This document shows positions 27,001 to 41,577 of a stretch of 64,000 nucleotides of DNA, in pieces. Location of the stretch: NCBI GenBank assembly GCA_051362555.1, contig CM120646.1, forward strand, positions 16,802,001 through 16,866,000, written 5' to 3'. Position numbers and translations under genes: made by a program. The DNA comes from Lingula anatina (taxonomy: Eukaryota > Animalia > Brachiopoda). The notes below the pieces were generated by a model. The model searched no databases. It had not been told where the DNA came from and saw only the letters and a program-made list of their open reading frames with translations. The first letter of the stretch is position 1. Every line of letters starts with the position of its first letter.

Positions 27001-28981
27001 TATGTCTATCACTGTAAAGTCCACCTCTCGCTCAGTAAACTACAGAAACTGCGACTCTCTCCTAAAAAGGAATTTTAAGGTTGGGGTGTCTGATAATTTG
27101 TTATTTCACTTTTGGCCAAAGATATTTTAGACACTTACTGAATCACGACATTAAGCACATTGGATACTGTGATTTGGATATTCGTTTTTATTTCAATAAA
27201 ATGAGATGCTTTTAACTAAATTTAGTATATTTAGTTACTGCAATTGCCACCTCCAAACTTATTGAGTAATGCATGGTACACTATCCATGTGTGAGATGAA
27301 TTCCATTACCAACATGATAATGGGCACTTTCCAATGCAGGTGGACCACAATTATTATTATTTCTAAAGTGGAATTATCTCCGTAATTTCCCAGCTTTCTG
27401 CCACGACCTCTAGCAATGCCGACTTAATCTCCTCCCGTTAGGGCTAAAACTCCATTTTCCCATCGCCTGACTCATAAACCTGACAACTCCTATTATTCAC
27501 TTCTGAGATTAATGTTAAATTACAAATTCCTAGAACTGACAGATATTAGACGGGGTCTTGTTTCCCAGAGGACTCCGGTGCAGTGCCTGGTCAGACACGC
27601 ACAGAACTGCTTGGCCAATGGGAATCATCAGAGATAACCCAAAGGCTCACTACTTAGTCTAAAATCAAGCGAGATTTTGCGGGATATGGAGGAGAGAAAT
27701 AATGGTAGACGAGTGAGTGCGGCGTGTCAAATTAAAAGCTAAGACTAACAGGGTGTAACTACAGATATCTTTCCGGTTGTTATTTTTCCGTTTTGTCGAA
27801 TTAGTCTGTCATACAGCATCACAAATTCACTGGATTCACATGTATAATTCATGATTCGATATTGTTTGATGCCATCAAGCCATTAGAATATAATACATTG
27901 TACACCCAATAACCCAAACGAAATGTTTGGAAAGCACTTAGGATGAAAGGCACAATAAAATATATATACGGTATATATACTGACAATAATGGCCCATTAT
28001 AATAACAAAATCAAAAGGGAGAAGTGATAAAGTAATTGAGGAGGCGTGGTGAACTAACATTTTCACGTGGAGAAGGAATCAGTGTCAAACACAAGACCCA
28101 AAGGTACTCTAGCAGTTAACTTGTTAACGTAAATCTCCTTCTCCATAGTTAGACATTGATATTTACAAAGCCGATAATAAGTTTCGCCTGATCCAACCAC
28201 AAATATATATGCAAGGTGATCTCTGAGCTATGTGACATTTCCTGACATTTAAATGGCTGTTGAAAAACGCAACTTGCAGTTGTATACTTGCAAGACAAAT
28301 TTTTATACATCAAAATATGCTTGGTTATGTTTTAAACTCAAGTAAAGCAAACTAAATGGCTAGTATTTCACTGAAAAAAATTTACAAGGCTAACCCCATC
28401 GTCCCATTGACAGACAAAAGGGTTTAGTTTGTCTCGTGTGCGATGCCATGTGTAAAAATGTGCTTGAATTTTGATTTAAGAGCCAGTATTTGCTTCAACA
28501 AGTGCCTCAAATCCCACCAAAAGCAGTGAAGAATTAGAATGTGTTGTTTCCATGAGTATGCAAAATTCAGTAAGAATAATATTTACTAAAAGATGGACAG
28601 TTATAGACCAGGCTGCGTGTTAGGTTCGGAGACAAATTCTCAAGTTTTCGCCATTTTATCATTGTGTATGGACAGTTCAGAATATCATGTTTCCCAGGAT
28701 ATCATGTTTCCCGTTAACGCCGTTTTAAATATTTACCTATTGTCATAAGCTGTAAATCCATTAAATACATGCAAATAAAGATGTATTTTTGTGCATACTC
28801 AAGAATTATGTTAGTAAACTACAGTGTACATATCGCGATAAGTCAATTGGTATACCTATGCCAATACATTTAATTCATGCAGCTGTAATCCTGGACGCCA
28901 TCACTTCTTGAAAAGTTGGACATTATTTTACCTTATGACACATCCCATAAATTTAAAAATAAAGTGCTGACGCGTGCAAGT

Positions 28982-29014
28982 AAACAAACAAACAAACAAA
29001 CAAACAAACAAACC
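28982..29014. repeat. (AAAC)n microsatellite
   Basis: Read directly. Confidence 0.9.
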
Positions 29015-31620
29015 AACTAACTAACATTCAAAAAGATAAATAAATAAATTTATAGATGTATAAGCTATAATATTGGTGCCAACCGAACAAGCAGGTTGTC
29101 AAAGCTTATCAAGCCATCTACCTGCTTAAAACTGTTTGCCTTCTTGGAAAAGATCAATAAGAAAATAGGGCCAATGTTAACAGTGTAATAGTAGCTTAAA
29201 TAAACAGTCGCCCTTATTGTGTTTTACAGTAGACAGTCTCTGTTTGCCCATTGCCTGCAGGGCTCGTGTGCTGATGGTGCTGAGCTAGTATCATTGCATT
29301 TAGATACATTAGAGTCCATTTGGTTCAGTCAAAGCAAATTTAAGTGCTTCCGATTTGTGTTTGATACCAGAAGAAAGTTGATTACATAGCAGTAATAAGG
29401 GATTTTGTACTAAGAGATAGAATAACGTCGTTGGGATATCGTATCTGTTTGTTTTGAATAAAAAAGAATCAATTTGCTAACCAAGCCGCAGGCTAAAACA
29501 GACGTGTTTCAGTATCATTTGTTTTAATGATCAAGACATGAACCAAATACATTGAATGTCATCTTGCGCTGAATTTGACTTACGAATGACCACATTGTCC
29601 GGTGTTTTGAGCAGAAAACAGCGCCAGTCCACTTTTTGTGACAAATAAGCTGTGATTTTTGAAATTTTATACATACATTTTTTTTGTGAACTACTAGGCC
29701 TATACATTTATAACGGATCAAATTATACTACTAGTACATCGTTGGGTGACGAGTTAAAATCAGGACTCGTCTGATTTTTCAAAATATTCATAAAATTAAC
29801 AATCTCACCAGTTTCATTTGACGGACTCATGACATAACACGGGTATTTTTGGAAGCGATGACTGTCTCTAGACAAAATTTGACTCCTCATAGTAGTTAGT
29901 TTCCTATATGATCAATAGAGGGCACCATCGACAGCCTGCTCATACATGTAACAAAATGGCGGCTCCGATCCGTCCTTTCCTAGTACAAAAGAAAAAAACT
30001 CGCTTGAAAGCCAATAGAAAAAATGGAAGGTTGAATCCTCCGCTTTACCCAATTTTTATGCTGTCATTGTAAGCCAACTTCGTCTGGTACTTGGGAGAAG
30101 TCAGTTGGTATCAGTGACATGCGCGTGGTCAGGGACTTTTACTGTTAAATATGCAGGGTTCAGTTAAATAAAGTACATATAACTGAGTGAATTATTATTT
30201 TATATCATTAATTTTATTCTGTTTAATTTCCTTTTATTTCAAAAATTTTAATAAACTCGTAATTTAATATTTTTCATCTGTGTTATTTTAAAGACCCCTA
30301 GCTGTGTGCCTTGGTTTCAATGAGACAAACCCCGAAAACGCTTTCTTTAAAGAACATTCAACCAAGATTAAGTGTTCTGCACGCTAGCCTGCATTTAATT
30401 TCAGGTGCTAGGATCAATACGATCAGGCCCAGACCATCACCGTCTCTGTGCAACCAGTGTGATATCTCCATATCCTGACAATCGGTTCCGAGAAAAATTA
30501 TATTATCATTTTCTTGTTTGCATTTCCTTTTTCCGAAAAGAGCGCTGTAAGGGACGTTTGGTATTTCACCTAGGAACTGACAAACTATTATTGACGTGTG
30601 AGGAATACCAATTTCCTAAAAGGCAATTTTCAGCGGCTTTGCATTTAATCCTCATAAAAGAAAAAGCAATCATAAATCGCATAAAAGCAACTGTTTGAGA
30701 ATAATATATAGATTAAAGAGCAGTTTTGTCCTAGAGAGTGAAAGCTCAGCGAAGATTGCTTTTATGGAAGCATTTCCATTGGGAGCAATCAGACCTTGGT
30801 TATAAGCTATATTTGCAAACAGATAAGGCGAAATCAAATATCATCGCTGTTAATCACAGAGAGTAAATAACAGATTCATGGGATTCAATAACAAGTGAAG
30901 GGCCCCAAAGCAATAAAAAATTATTTCGAAAGGGTATGGGATTACAAAGAGGGATGGGGTGGATGCGGCTAGTTTAATTCATCGTTTAATTTAAAAGAAC
31001 TGGAAGTTGTGCGCGTGATCAGCACATTGATTTACTTTTATGTTATAATGATAGGAAGGAAGTGAACGTGTCACTGATGACGAATCCTGCTGGTAAAATG
31101 TATTTTCATTGATGGTACAATTACATCAAGCATCCATTGATTTTGATTTGGCAGACTATTTTGGGATAGTTTGTTGATTTAAAACCTTATTTCCTGGTAT
31201 TCGCCAACACGTAAACATACTGTACTTACACCAAAGAAATAGCCATGTTTTTTACAGCGACAAAGTAATTAGATCTAGGATTTGATACCTCTACCGTGTC
31301 TTTAAATATGTTTCTGTTACGTCATACATAAGCCAGATTTGCCAGAAGCTACGTAATCTATGACCTCCTTGTTGCATGTGCCTCTTTCTTTAAGGAATCG
31401 ACTTACACAAGTCGCATGATAATTGGAAGTGTTGCTCATCTGGCAAATGTTAGGGGATTAAATTGTGCTTTTAATAACTTAATTGTGCTTAACTGAATTG
31501 TGCAATATGTATTTATGAACTTCAAAGCAAATCCAGAAATTTGGTACGTTTTGAATGGAAAGACATGAGGCAAAGTAACATACGAGGGCATGAATTTCAA
31601 CTGTCATTTAAAAACGGCAG

Positions 31621-31786
31621 CAGGCCCGTAGCCTGCAATTTCAAAAGAGGGTTCTTTTTCTGAAAAAGTGGACCTTTTCCCATAAAAACTACATGTACCT
31701 AGACCAAATTTTACCCAGAGTGGACCTTTTCCCAGCAAAAGGGACGGTTCTTTCGAACCCCCCGACCCCCCCTGGCCACGGGCCTG
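31621..31786. mobile_element. MITE with 13-bp TIRs and 5-bp TSD
   Basis: CAGGCCCGTAGCC...GGCCACGGGCCTG; GGCAG is duplicated at 31616-31620 and 31787-31791; internal repeat AGTGGACCTTTTCCCA occurs twice. Confidence 0.85.
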
Positions 31787-34011
31787 GGCAGGCAATGTTG
31801 TTGAAGTTCATAATGCGTCAGAGTAATGGTATTCTAGTAGCTTGTGAAGGTACTAGTGTTGTGCTGTGCATGAAAATAACAATGGCATACTCTTAAATGT
31901 CCCGTGCAAATTTTAGTTTCACCCTAGATAAATAGGTGGAAACACGTGTACTGTACCTACGTAAACGCGAACCGTTAGGTGGCGCTTTGAACGAGTCGAC
32001 ACCAAGGCCGCAATCAAAGTATTGTTGTCAAATTGGAACGGCACGTACGTGGTGTAGAAAGCAAACGCCAGATCCAATCACAAGGCTGGCCAATGCAACT
32101 AGTTTTTGTATATCACAGTTGGATATTTTAATAGCCATTAGGAGGCCGCTCACTGTCACTCTTGTACGCAGTCACCATTTCAGTAAACAGAACAGGAAAT
32201 ATTGATTTCCTATTGGCTTTACTACTGCCTTGCTTATAAATAAATAGTCCAATCAGGTGCTGTCTTCGATTTACTGCATTCCCCGAGGTTTCAGTGGTAG
32301 CAGCTGTCCGGCGTGGGCTGCAGACGATCGATACTCGATGAACGCAGAGCGTGCAGATGGGCATTGATTGGCGGTCAATTCTATTGAAACGGCAACGCAA
32401 GCGTCAAGAATTATTTATATAAATGTATGTTGTAAGCCTATAAGTGTAGGGGAGCTAGCGCAGTTTGGGATTTTTTTTTTATTATCATCTTCTCTTGATA
32501 TTCATATTGTATTCAGTAAATCCATCACCCCATGCTTGCCCATGTCAGTAGTTCAGGACAAAACTCTTATGGCATAAAAGCGGAGAATAAATATCATGTA
32601 ACTGTCGGAGTTATTGATGTACATTGATTTTTATGTTATCTTTATCATTATCAATACGGCTGTAAAAACCATACAGCCAAATTGCAAAGGTATGTTGTCC
32701 ATGCAAAAGAAGGGTCAATATACATTCCAGTGTAGTGTTACATGAGAGTAACAGCAATAACAAACCACTGAACATGTAAGGCTACTGTATCATAATCCGA
32801 TTAGGGGGCATATATTCTAATTATATCGTCAATAATCTAAAGTCAAAGCACTTCTGTTAATGCCACATTTGTTGGTGTAAATCGGAACCATACGCTATGT
32901 GTTAGCAATCCGTCTCCAAAAGCATGCCGTTACATGCAATATGAAACAAGTTATTTACGTTGCCTTAGGTGTAATCATAAACAACGGTCTGCTTGTCCCG
33001 TAGAAGGGGATGGTTAAAAACGCCGATAGCTTTACTAAGATCGACTGCAAGTGCCTGCATCCTTGCCCATAACATGGCCCTCCTACATTCTGAATCATGC
33101 CGTGTCTTTTGTGTATTCAATATGAGAGGTACCAGCCATGCATAGCTGGATCATTGAATAAATATACTGCGCCTGGGTGCCGGCATTATTGGGTAAAGTT
33201 CGATTCTTAAAGAAGAGGCAGAGCACGGGTTTGGTCGATTTTTTGCCGGCACTCAAGCACCTGCTCTCGACTGAGGTCGCTCAAACATCTATCTGGCAGC
33301 AACGCCGTTTGAAGTATTTTCTAAACATACAAGTGCCAGTCGATGGTTGGAGGAAATAATTCGTGGAAATAGTTTACCGTTGAGATATTTTGACGCTCCT
33401 CACAGCTATTATCTGAATCGAAACGAAGTTTGTGAACACGTAAATAATATTTCTCCCTCTGTTCCACTTGCGGTGAGCATCGATTTCGAGATTACGTGCA
33501 ATCGGCTGCTTCTGTTCAGTTGTAAATGAACGGTGAGTCGCGTATAGGAAGGTCTCGCTCTCCCTCCTGCCCAAATATATTGGTATACAGGTTGGACGAG
33601 GGAGTTAAAGGGCATATTTCACCCCTTTTCTACCACAGTGCATGACCAACAGCTGGAAGAAAGACTGACAAAGGGCAACGATTTCAATTCAGGAAAACCA
33701 CGAGAGTGAACTTTTGCAAGTACAAAGGGGCAGGTATTGAAGGGATGAGTCGCTTTACTCCCTCATGCTGACGCATTCATGCTGAAGGCAATCTTTGAAA
33801 TCTGATCAGATATTTTAATAGAGATTCTACCTGCAATTTGTTGACTGGGTAGCAGCAGGTGGTTAACGTTGGATTTACCCTGTGTGCATGGATTTAGTGA
33901 ATTTTAATGTTTAAATTGTGACTTTGACGATTCAAATTGACAATCTCTGTAGATTTGTTGCACGGAGTATGCAGTATAAGGAAGATGCGCTATTTGCTGT
34001 CTTTGTACGGT

Positions 34012-34015
<4 letters not shown>

Positions 34016-34068
<53 letters not shown>
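34016..34068. repeat. (CT)n microsatellite
   Basis: Read directly. Confidence 0.95.
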
Positions 34069-34070
<2 letters not shown>

Positions 34071-35208
34071 GTTAAGCTATAATTTGACACAGTCCAAACA
34101 ATTACTTGATGTCAGCTTTGCTATTTTTTATGCTTAATTGCTCTGTCCATCTCCCCCTCTCTCTCTCTCCCTTCTCTCTCCCTCTCTCTCTCGCTCACAC
34201 ATATTTTGACCCAGCATGGAAATTGTTGACTGTCATTTACTAATTTGTGAAATACCCATGCTGTCAGTGATCTCACTGAATCGATGACTTCACATATCTC
34301 ACTCACACCAGCCTTGTATGCATCATTAATCACACTCAAAGATAGATGCGACGTGGTCTGGTATTTGGAATAAAAGCCATTGATGCTGTATTGTGATATG
34401 TAACGATAACATATCACTGAGCACTCCGGAGCTTGTATTGATGCATGTATGTATTGAAAATTATCAACAAACCTTTCATGGGAGGATACATTGGGAAGTC
34501 TTCTTCAAATTGAAAAAAAGTGAATATCAAAACTTTCCTAAATGGGGTATATTGAAGTGGAGACAGCAAATAATAATTAAAAAGAAACAGGTTATAGTAG
34601 ACAATCACGAATAAATGACTGTGTTGTACCAATGACTTAAATGGAGTAAAAGAAAACACGTTAGAGTAGAAAATCACGAATTAATGACTAATGCGTTGTA
34701 CCACAGACTTGAAACATCCGTTGACTAAGGGGAAGAAAAACACGCTCAAAAATCATTTTAAAATAATGGAAGTAAATTCTTTCGGGGGAAATTAACAATT
34801 TTGACAAAGGGATTGCGCCATAAATTGAATGCTTAGAAACTTCTGCCAGTCTCAAAATTGAAAACAAATGTCATTATATCTGATGTTGTCCTATTGGCAT
34901 ACAAATTTGACCAGTGTCTGATGTTTTGAATTATTAAGTAAATTGGGTGGTCAAGTAATATTCACGTTTTGCCTGACTGGCCAGTAATAATGTTGATAAT
35001 CCGTGTTATTGACCGTGTTAGTACCTTGACACTCTTGCCTTTAGATTATTCATATTTGCCCTATTTATTATAAAGCAGGAAATTGTAAAAACAATGCAGT
35101 GCAACTGAGCAATAACAATAGCGCAAAGTTCACTGAATCATTCGGAATATATAAGGATAGATAGGATGTCAGATCTGGATGTTTCGAAATGACAACAACA
35201 ACACAATA

Positions 35209-35225
35209 CCACCACCACCACCACC

Positions 35226-35266
<41 letters not shown>
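35209..35266. repeat. (CAC)n(AAT)n microsatellite
   Basis: Read directly. Confidence 0.9.
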
Positions 35267-35267
<1 letters not shown>

Positions 35268-35594
35268 CAAACTGCTAACGAAACCAACTTTACATACGAA
35301 TGCTAAATATTTACAATGGATAACTCCCTAAAAAGCATTTACATGTACGTGTTTGCTCACTCAATTAACGCAGTGTTATAATTTGGAATAAATCTGCTTT
35401 GACAGGACCATGTAGTATATAGCTTACAGAGGGGAAATGTTAGACTAAATGCTTAATAGGTCATCATCGTTAAATCAGTATTATACCATTATACTAGTAC
35501 AACTGAAGCTTTTGAAATTTTCGAATAAGCCATTCGACCAAATTACGTGCCGAATTTAACTAAAGCCCGCTCATACCCATACTTTGACCGCTGT

Positions 35595-35728
35595 CCTGGG
35601 CTTCGTAACTCAAAAGTATCGCGTCTCGATTCAATAACTCGCCCATGCTCGTCCCATGTAATACATCGTAGTCTCTATGTGATATCGCTATTCGCAATAC
35701 GCGATGCTTTCGAGTTATGGGGCCCAGG
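35595..35728. mobile_element. Palindromic MITE with ~30-bp imperfect TIRs
   Basis: CCTGGGCTTCGTAACTCAAAAGTATCGCGT versus ACGCGATGCTTTCGAGTTATGGGGCCCAGG (inverse CCTGGGCCCCATAACTCGAAAGCATCGCGT). Confidence 0.75.
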
Positions 35729-37070
35729 CAAACCACTCTTTTTCCGTTGGGTTTATTAGACCACTACCCTCGCTGGCGGAAAGATTCATACCAGACGTGT
35801 CTTTTCCGACTAATCAAACGTTATAGTCTATTAGGTATCGTTTCAAACCAATTCCATAATTGCGAGTGTACTTTATTTTAATAATTTTCTTGGAAAAAAC
35901 TAAAAATAATAAATATTGAAGACCGCTGACTACACTTAATGTGCACAGTTTTCGTAAGTCGTTAGTAAAAAACACAACTCTTTGTCCCTTCGGAAGAATT
36001 TATAGACATTATGGGCTACCAATCGATGAAAAATGGTCTCTGATGTTTTATTTCAAAACTCGAATACAAGAAGGATGCGTAGAACTTAAAATATTTCACT
36101 TCCGATTATGATACTGTGTCGCTTCCCGCCTTGATGACACACACGGCACAAATAAACAGACCTACATGTGCGTTATAACTCTTCACAAGGACTGCTGCTG
36201 CGTCACATAATCTAGCAATTGAAATTGAGAGTGCAGTGGTCTTCACAAACTTAATAGAAAAGCAACCAATATGCATGTACCCCGGTACTAACTGTATCTT
36301 AAATAACAATTCAATAATCACGTAACCCATCAGTTTCTTTATCACCGGGTACCAGCCACGGCCGCGCGGCTGGGGCTGAGACGATGTATCGACTGCGCGA
36401 TGACAGCCTGGGCCTAGTGCGGCTAGTTGGCCCACCGAGACCAAGTTTGATTGAATTAACATTATTTGCGCAAGATTTTCTGGCCGAAGATTGATTTTCC
36501 TCAAGAGTGTCTTAGACACCGTTGTTCTATATGACTCTGGTTTTGAACGTACACTATTGGCAAATATTTCCTGTTTTTGGAGAAAGTTACTTTGAATGAG
36601 GGCATGTTTCATTTGAAATTTCTTATTGGTGGACCTACCGCACCAAAAATGTTAATTATCGTTGATATTATTTCTCCCTAATTTTATTCGACCTTTGGGT
36701 ATGGTTGGGAAAAAAGAGGACTCAGCCGGTGATGAATATATATTTTATGAACAAAATCAAGGTATCGATATTTAGATGGTTAATGCGCACTTACGCTCCT
36801 AAAGTAGCACAGGTACAGATCGATTATTTACTCCGCATTTATGAAAAAAAGAAAAAAGCTGTAATAACAAACAATGATTACTAAATTTATCGCCGGTGAG
36901 TGAAAAAATAGAAATATAGATTCAAATCGTTTTCCAATTCTATACAGCAAAACAATAATAACGTTTAGGTGGATTCTCAATTATTTACTTCACGTTTTAA
37001 ACGTACCAGTGAGCGATTGACTCAATTTCTGCAAAAGGAAATTATTCAATGCCATTTTTTATCATTTCAG

Positions 37071-39409
37071 TTTTTCTCTTACACCTGGCTATCTGCGCTA
37101 GTGACGAAGAATGCGACAAATGTGGTAAGTTGAGGTCATTGCCAAGGTCATTAGAGCAAACTGCAGGGTAAATAAGCAGTATGTACATCACAGAAAATCC
37201 ACATTGCAGTTTTTTTTAAACCACAGAACATAATTTATACTCAGAATACACGATGGCGGCTGGATTTAAAGCGCGGCAAAAATCTTTATTTGACTTTTTT
37301 CGTACTATTGTTTCATGAGATACATTTATGCTGAACCCGGTAACACGTCTGAAGAATCCCCAATCGTTTTTGTCTGTATAATTGTCGCGTTGAACCCAGA
37401 ATTCTTTATGGTGCTTGCCACGAACACTGTTGTTACATTGTGAACGAGTAATAATGTAACAATAATAACGTGTAAACAGCTTAAAGTAGGAAATCAATTT
37501 CTAATGAAAGTCAAACACGTTCTGACACATTCATAAAAACATGATGCCGAACCGACTTGTAGATGTTACTTGAAAAATCCACCTCGTCAAGTCATATGCT
37601 CTTTTTAAACTGAAAAGCAAATACGTCTTACTGATCAAAGGGCTTATTGTATATTGCAGACAGAAATCTTGGTTGACATTAAACGAAAGATTTCGTGATA
37701 AAAGGAAAATTACAAATAATATTAATAAACCGAATGGTAATATTTGATGTTGTTGGGGATTAAAATCGGATATTACTTTTGCATAATTAATACCAGGCGA
37801 ATTTTATCCATCCAGATTTAAGTACACCAGCATGCACAGTTTCATTTTCTATGAGAAAGGGGCATGTTCCTGCTCTGCAAAGAAATTTGCAGTTGTGTAC
37901 ATATGTCCATGTTGTTATTTTTAAACCCCCTCATATTGGGGTTTTCAAAGAGTTGTCCAGTGATTCAGTCACAATATATATAGCATAAGTGAAAAGTTTT
38001 AATAAGTTGCAATTAATAATTGCCATTTAGTTGCCCAAGTTAAGCAGCAGTGGAAGTGAAAACCACAGCTCTTAAACCCGACTAAAGCACAAATACATGT
38101 ATGTAAATGGGTTACGTTTGTCACTCTGAAAAGACTGTTTAAGTCCATATGTGTATTGCTTCCCCTGGAGAAGCTGCTGCTTTAGATGACGCTTCACGTT
38201 GACGTAATCTTTGCTACATGTATATACTGGATATTGGCAATATTGGATGAACAAGTGCACCTGGGGCGTTTTATAACACAGATTAAACTGAAAGTGGCAT
38301 TTGACTTTAAAACTAAAAAATTCACTCAAGTACTCTGACGTTAGGCAAACTAGTAGTAGTCCAAACTAAATTTTGGGCCTAGTTTTGGAGAAATTTGAAA
38401 TGGAATTGCCTTTTTTAGACTCATAGGCAACATTACTTCAGTGGACGAATACAGGTTTATCCTAGATTCTAAATATTAATTTCATATCTTAATATCTCAA
38501 GCAAGATCACTGTTTAACCTCATTACTTTTTTAATATATCTGTATGGACCCTGGGTTTTTAAATATTTCCAGTCGACGTAATTCCGTGTTACCAGTGCTC
38601 TACTATGACCAAGGGGGAGGAGTACTGTGAAGACCCCTTCAACCTCTCCCACAACACGGTCCGGAAGGTGCCCTGTAAGGGAGCCTGCGTCAAGTGGGTC
38701 ATAAAGCCAAAAGCAGGTAAACTGAACTGGGTGGTGACGATGCTCCATGTTTGAAATGAAATTATTTATCTAATTTGAGAATTTTAGTCCATATAGGCCT
38801 ATGTAAATGTATGTACATGTATTATATTCCTGAGATCGAAGTTATTGCTTTGCCACCATGTATTCGAAGTGAAAATGCTAACTTAATTTCAATAATTTTT
38901 CATACTGTCTGATTTTCTACTTTACTTAGTACGCCGAGAAATGTTTGAGCTACAGTTTGAGGCCTTTTAGCCTCATGTCCGTATTAAACCGTTCTAATAA
39001 TTACTTTCGCCTATTTCTAGATATCCAACGTCTGTTCTTTTCCCTTTCAGACCAAGATTTCACGCACGTAGTCCGCAGCTGTTATAACGATCTGGACATC
39101 ACTTTCCCCGCGGCCCTGGTATGCATGGGGGAATCTCGTCCTGGTTACGGCCACCTATGCTTTTGCAATACCGAATTATGCAATGGCGCCTTTGCCTTGA
39201 ATAGTCATAGGACGACACACTTTTGGACGTTAATATGTGCGACTTTTGTTGCACTGTGGTTTGTCATACAGTACCTGGATAGCGGGCCATTTGATGAAAT
39301 TTGGAGACAAATTGTATTTCTATTCTGCATAGCACTGTCTCCTGTACGGTTAACTATTGCATCATTGGGTGGGCCGTTAACCACCCGTACGTTTCGAGAT
39401 GACGGATAA
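37071..39409 (+). CDS. qvr: Quiver/Sleepless-like Ly6/uPAR (three-finger) protein; first coding exon uncertain
   Basis: Exons 37071-37124 (xFLLHLAICASDEECDKC), 38573-38716 (VDVIPCYQCST...YCEDPFN...VPCKGACVKWV) and 39051-39409 (VVRSCYNDLDITF...VCMGESRPGYGHLCFCNTELCN plus hydrophobic tail), all joined by phase-1 introns. Cys spacing and motifs CxDPFN, CxGxCVK and VCMxES..GHxCFC...CN match Drosophila Quiver/Sleepless as I recall it. Candidate ATG exons end at 33532 or 32689. Confidence 0.85.
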
Positions 39410-41577
39410 ATTTAAGAAATAAAGAAGTCAATGAATTATTTATCAATTTTAATATAAGCAAAGTATGACAAAGGTTTGAGTTAATTTTAATGTGGATGCG
39501 ATTGCAATTTTACTGGAAGTTGTAACTTCAAGTGCATAGTCGTACATAATATTACTATGGATGAGTAACTTTGGATAAGTAACGTTAAAGCATGATAATG
39601 AGGATACAGCTTTGAAGAGCTTGTCAAACATAATTGCACAGTGCGAACACGATTGGTTTTATAGCTTTAGCGTTACGTGTTTGATTGCACGAGAGAGTAG
39701 GTTGGATGGTTAACCACGAGCAGTATTATTGATGCGTTTTTCACTTTGCAGTGGAAGTCAAGGACTTTTTTTGCGATGTGCTCCTATTTTTAACTGTTTA
39801 TTCCCTCTTAACTTGTACCATAGGGAGATACACGTGCTAATTTCTGCACTCAATCGGACGCCAGTGCATCATTAAGCAAATGGCACCCAGTTTCTTTACG
39901 ATATTAGGCAATCCTCCAGTGGATAGCAACCTTGTTACAAGACGTGAATTTGCAAAACTCGTAAGAATAATCAATGGGCTCAAGCTGCAAGCAAGTGTGT
40001 TTATTACGTTCCGTTGAACTTTTGATGTTTTATGAAGCATTTAACTTTTTGACTGAAAATCTTATTTTTACCAAACATGCACGTTTGTATTTATTATATC
40101 ATACAATAATCCATTTCAAATAGACATTTGATGAGGTGTTGTTTGGAATCACCATCACATACTGTATATAACAGTCTATCTGATTAAAAAGTAAACATAT
40201 AATACTGAAATTTTAGTTTTCCGTAACCTTTTGCAAATTATTAAACAATTGCATTCCAAAAAGTACATGTAGTTCCTAGCTTTTACCAACAAGGTACTAA
40301 TAATTTATCATAGGGAATTTTGATTGGTTAAAGTAACAAAGGTAATTGGTTTATAGGTAAGATGCATTTTAGAACAATATGGAATATGGTTGGTGGAGGC
40401 GAAAATTAAGTATTACAAAAAGCGGCAGTATATATGAAATAATATGAACATTATATTTATGCTGATTACATGTGATATGAACATACAATGTGTGCACATC
40501 TTTTTTTTTGGTTTGTTTGTTCTGAAAAGATTGTAGATGTTTTGCGTCGTTAAAATTTTTTCAAATTTGTCCATGAAATAAGTGATGCCAATAAGCAAGA
40601 CGCATGTTTTGTCCTTGATTTTTTATTATATAAGGGGTAAAAGTGTGTTTAATGCACAGTTATCTTATCTCTTTGTTATTGACTGATAGTGAGGCTGTTT
40701 CTATTCTAATAAATTATCTCACCTATGCATTTTAACAGATCGTTTATCAACATAATATGATCCTTGCGTAGACTTCTTGTGTACCGAGTAGCTCAGTATG
40801 TAGTTTACTTTGTCTTATCGATTTATTGTTTTCTCGTGATGACATCAACAAGTGGGAGTACAAACGGTGCTTCGTCAGTATAATCTCATCTTCTGTGCAT
40901 AATAGAAGTTCCATAATTTCTTTATGATTTGAACTTTTTCTTATGTTCTACATGTGTTTGCTAACAAGCAATGTAGTGCATTCACTGTTACTAATTATAC
41001 CGGTGTATCATTAAGACTCCAATTGACTTTTACTATTATTAAGTCTGGTAAAGATCGAGGGTCATCTTTCTGTAAACATATTTAGGCCACTATGCAGTAA
41101 TTTTGCACTCCAAACGCTGTTACTTAAAATTTCAAAGATCACTTTGATTTCTTATAGAAGTCCCTTCGTGTTAGGGTAAAACAAAATTACCGGTGCAACC
41201 GTTGTGGAAACCTTCAGAAGGCATTTAAAACATAATAGCTGTCCGATAAATTGACGGAAGTTCCGTTCATAATCACCAATTAGAGGTGTATATAAGTAAT
41301 CAATACGATTTTTTCATTCCTTTAATTAGTTTAACCGATTTTGACCCAGGGCACGGGTGTTCAGACATAATGGTATTACGGAGTGCGAAAATAAAATCCA
41401 TTAACTTTCGATTTCTGATGGCTTCTGTTTTGTTTATGGCGTGAAAGTAAATTCAATTTACCTTCGATTTCTGATTGCGTAATTTAGATTTTTGCTTCAC
41501 AAATAGTAGTCATAACATTTGGCAAAAAGTCATCCCCCCTCCTAAGCATTTGCCTAAAATGTAGGAATTATCAATGT

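Noticed and set aside
36106-36612. 168-aa minus-strand ORF
   Set aside because: No recognisable domain or exon context; it lies within the probable first intron of the quiver-like gene.
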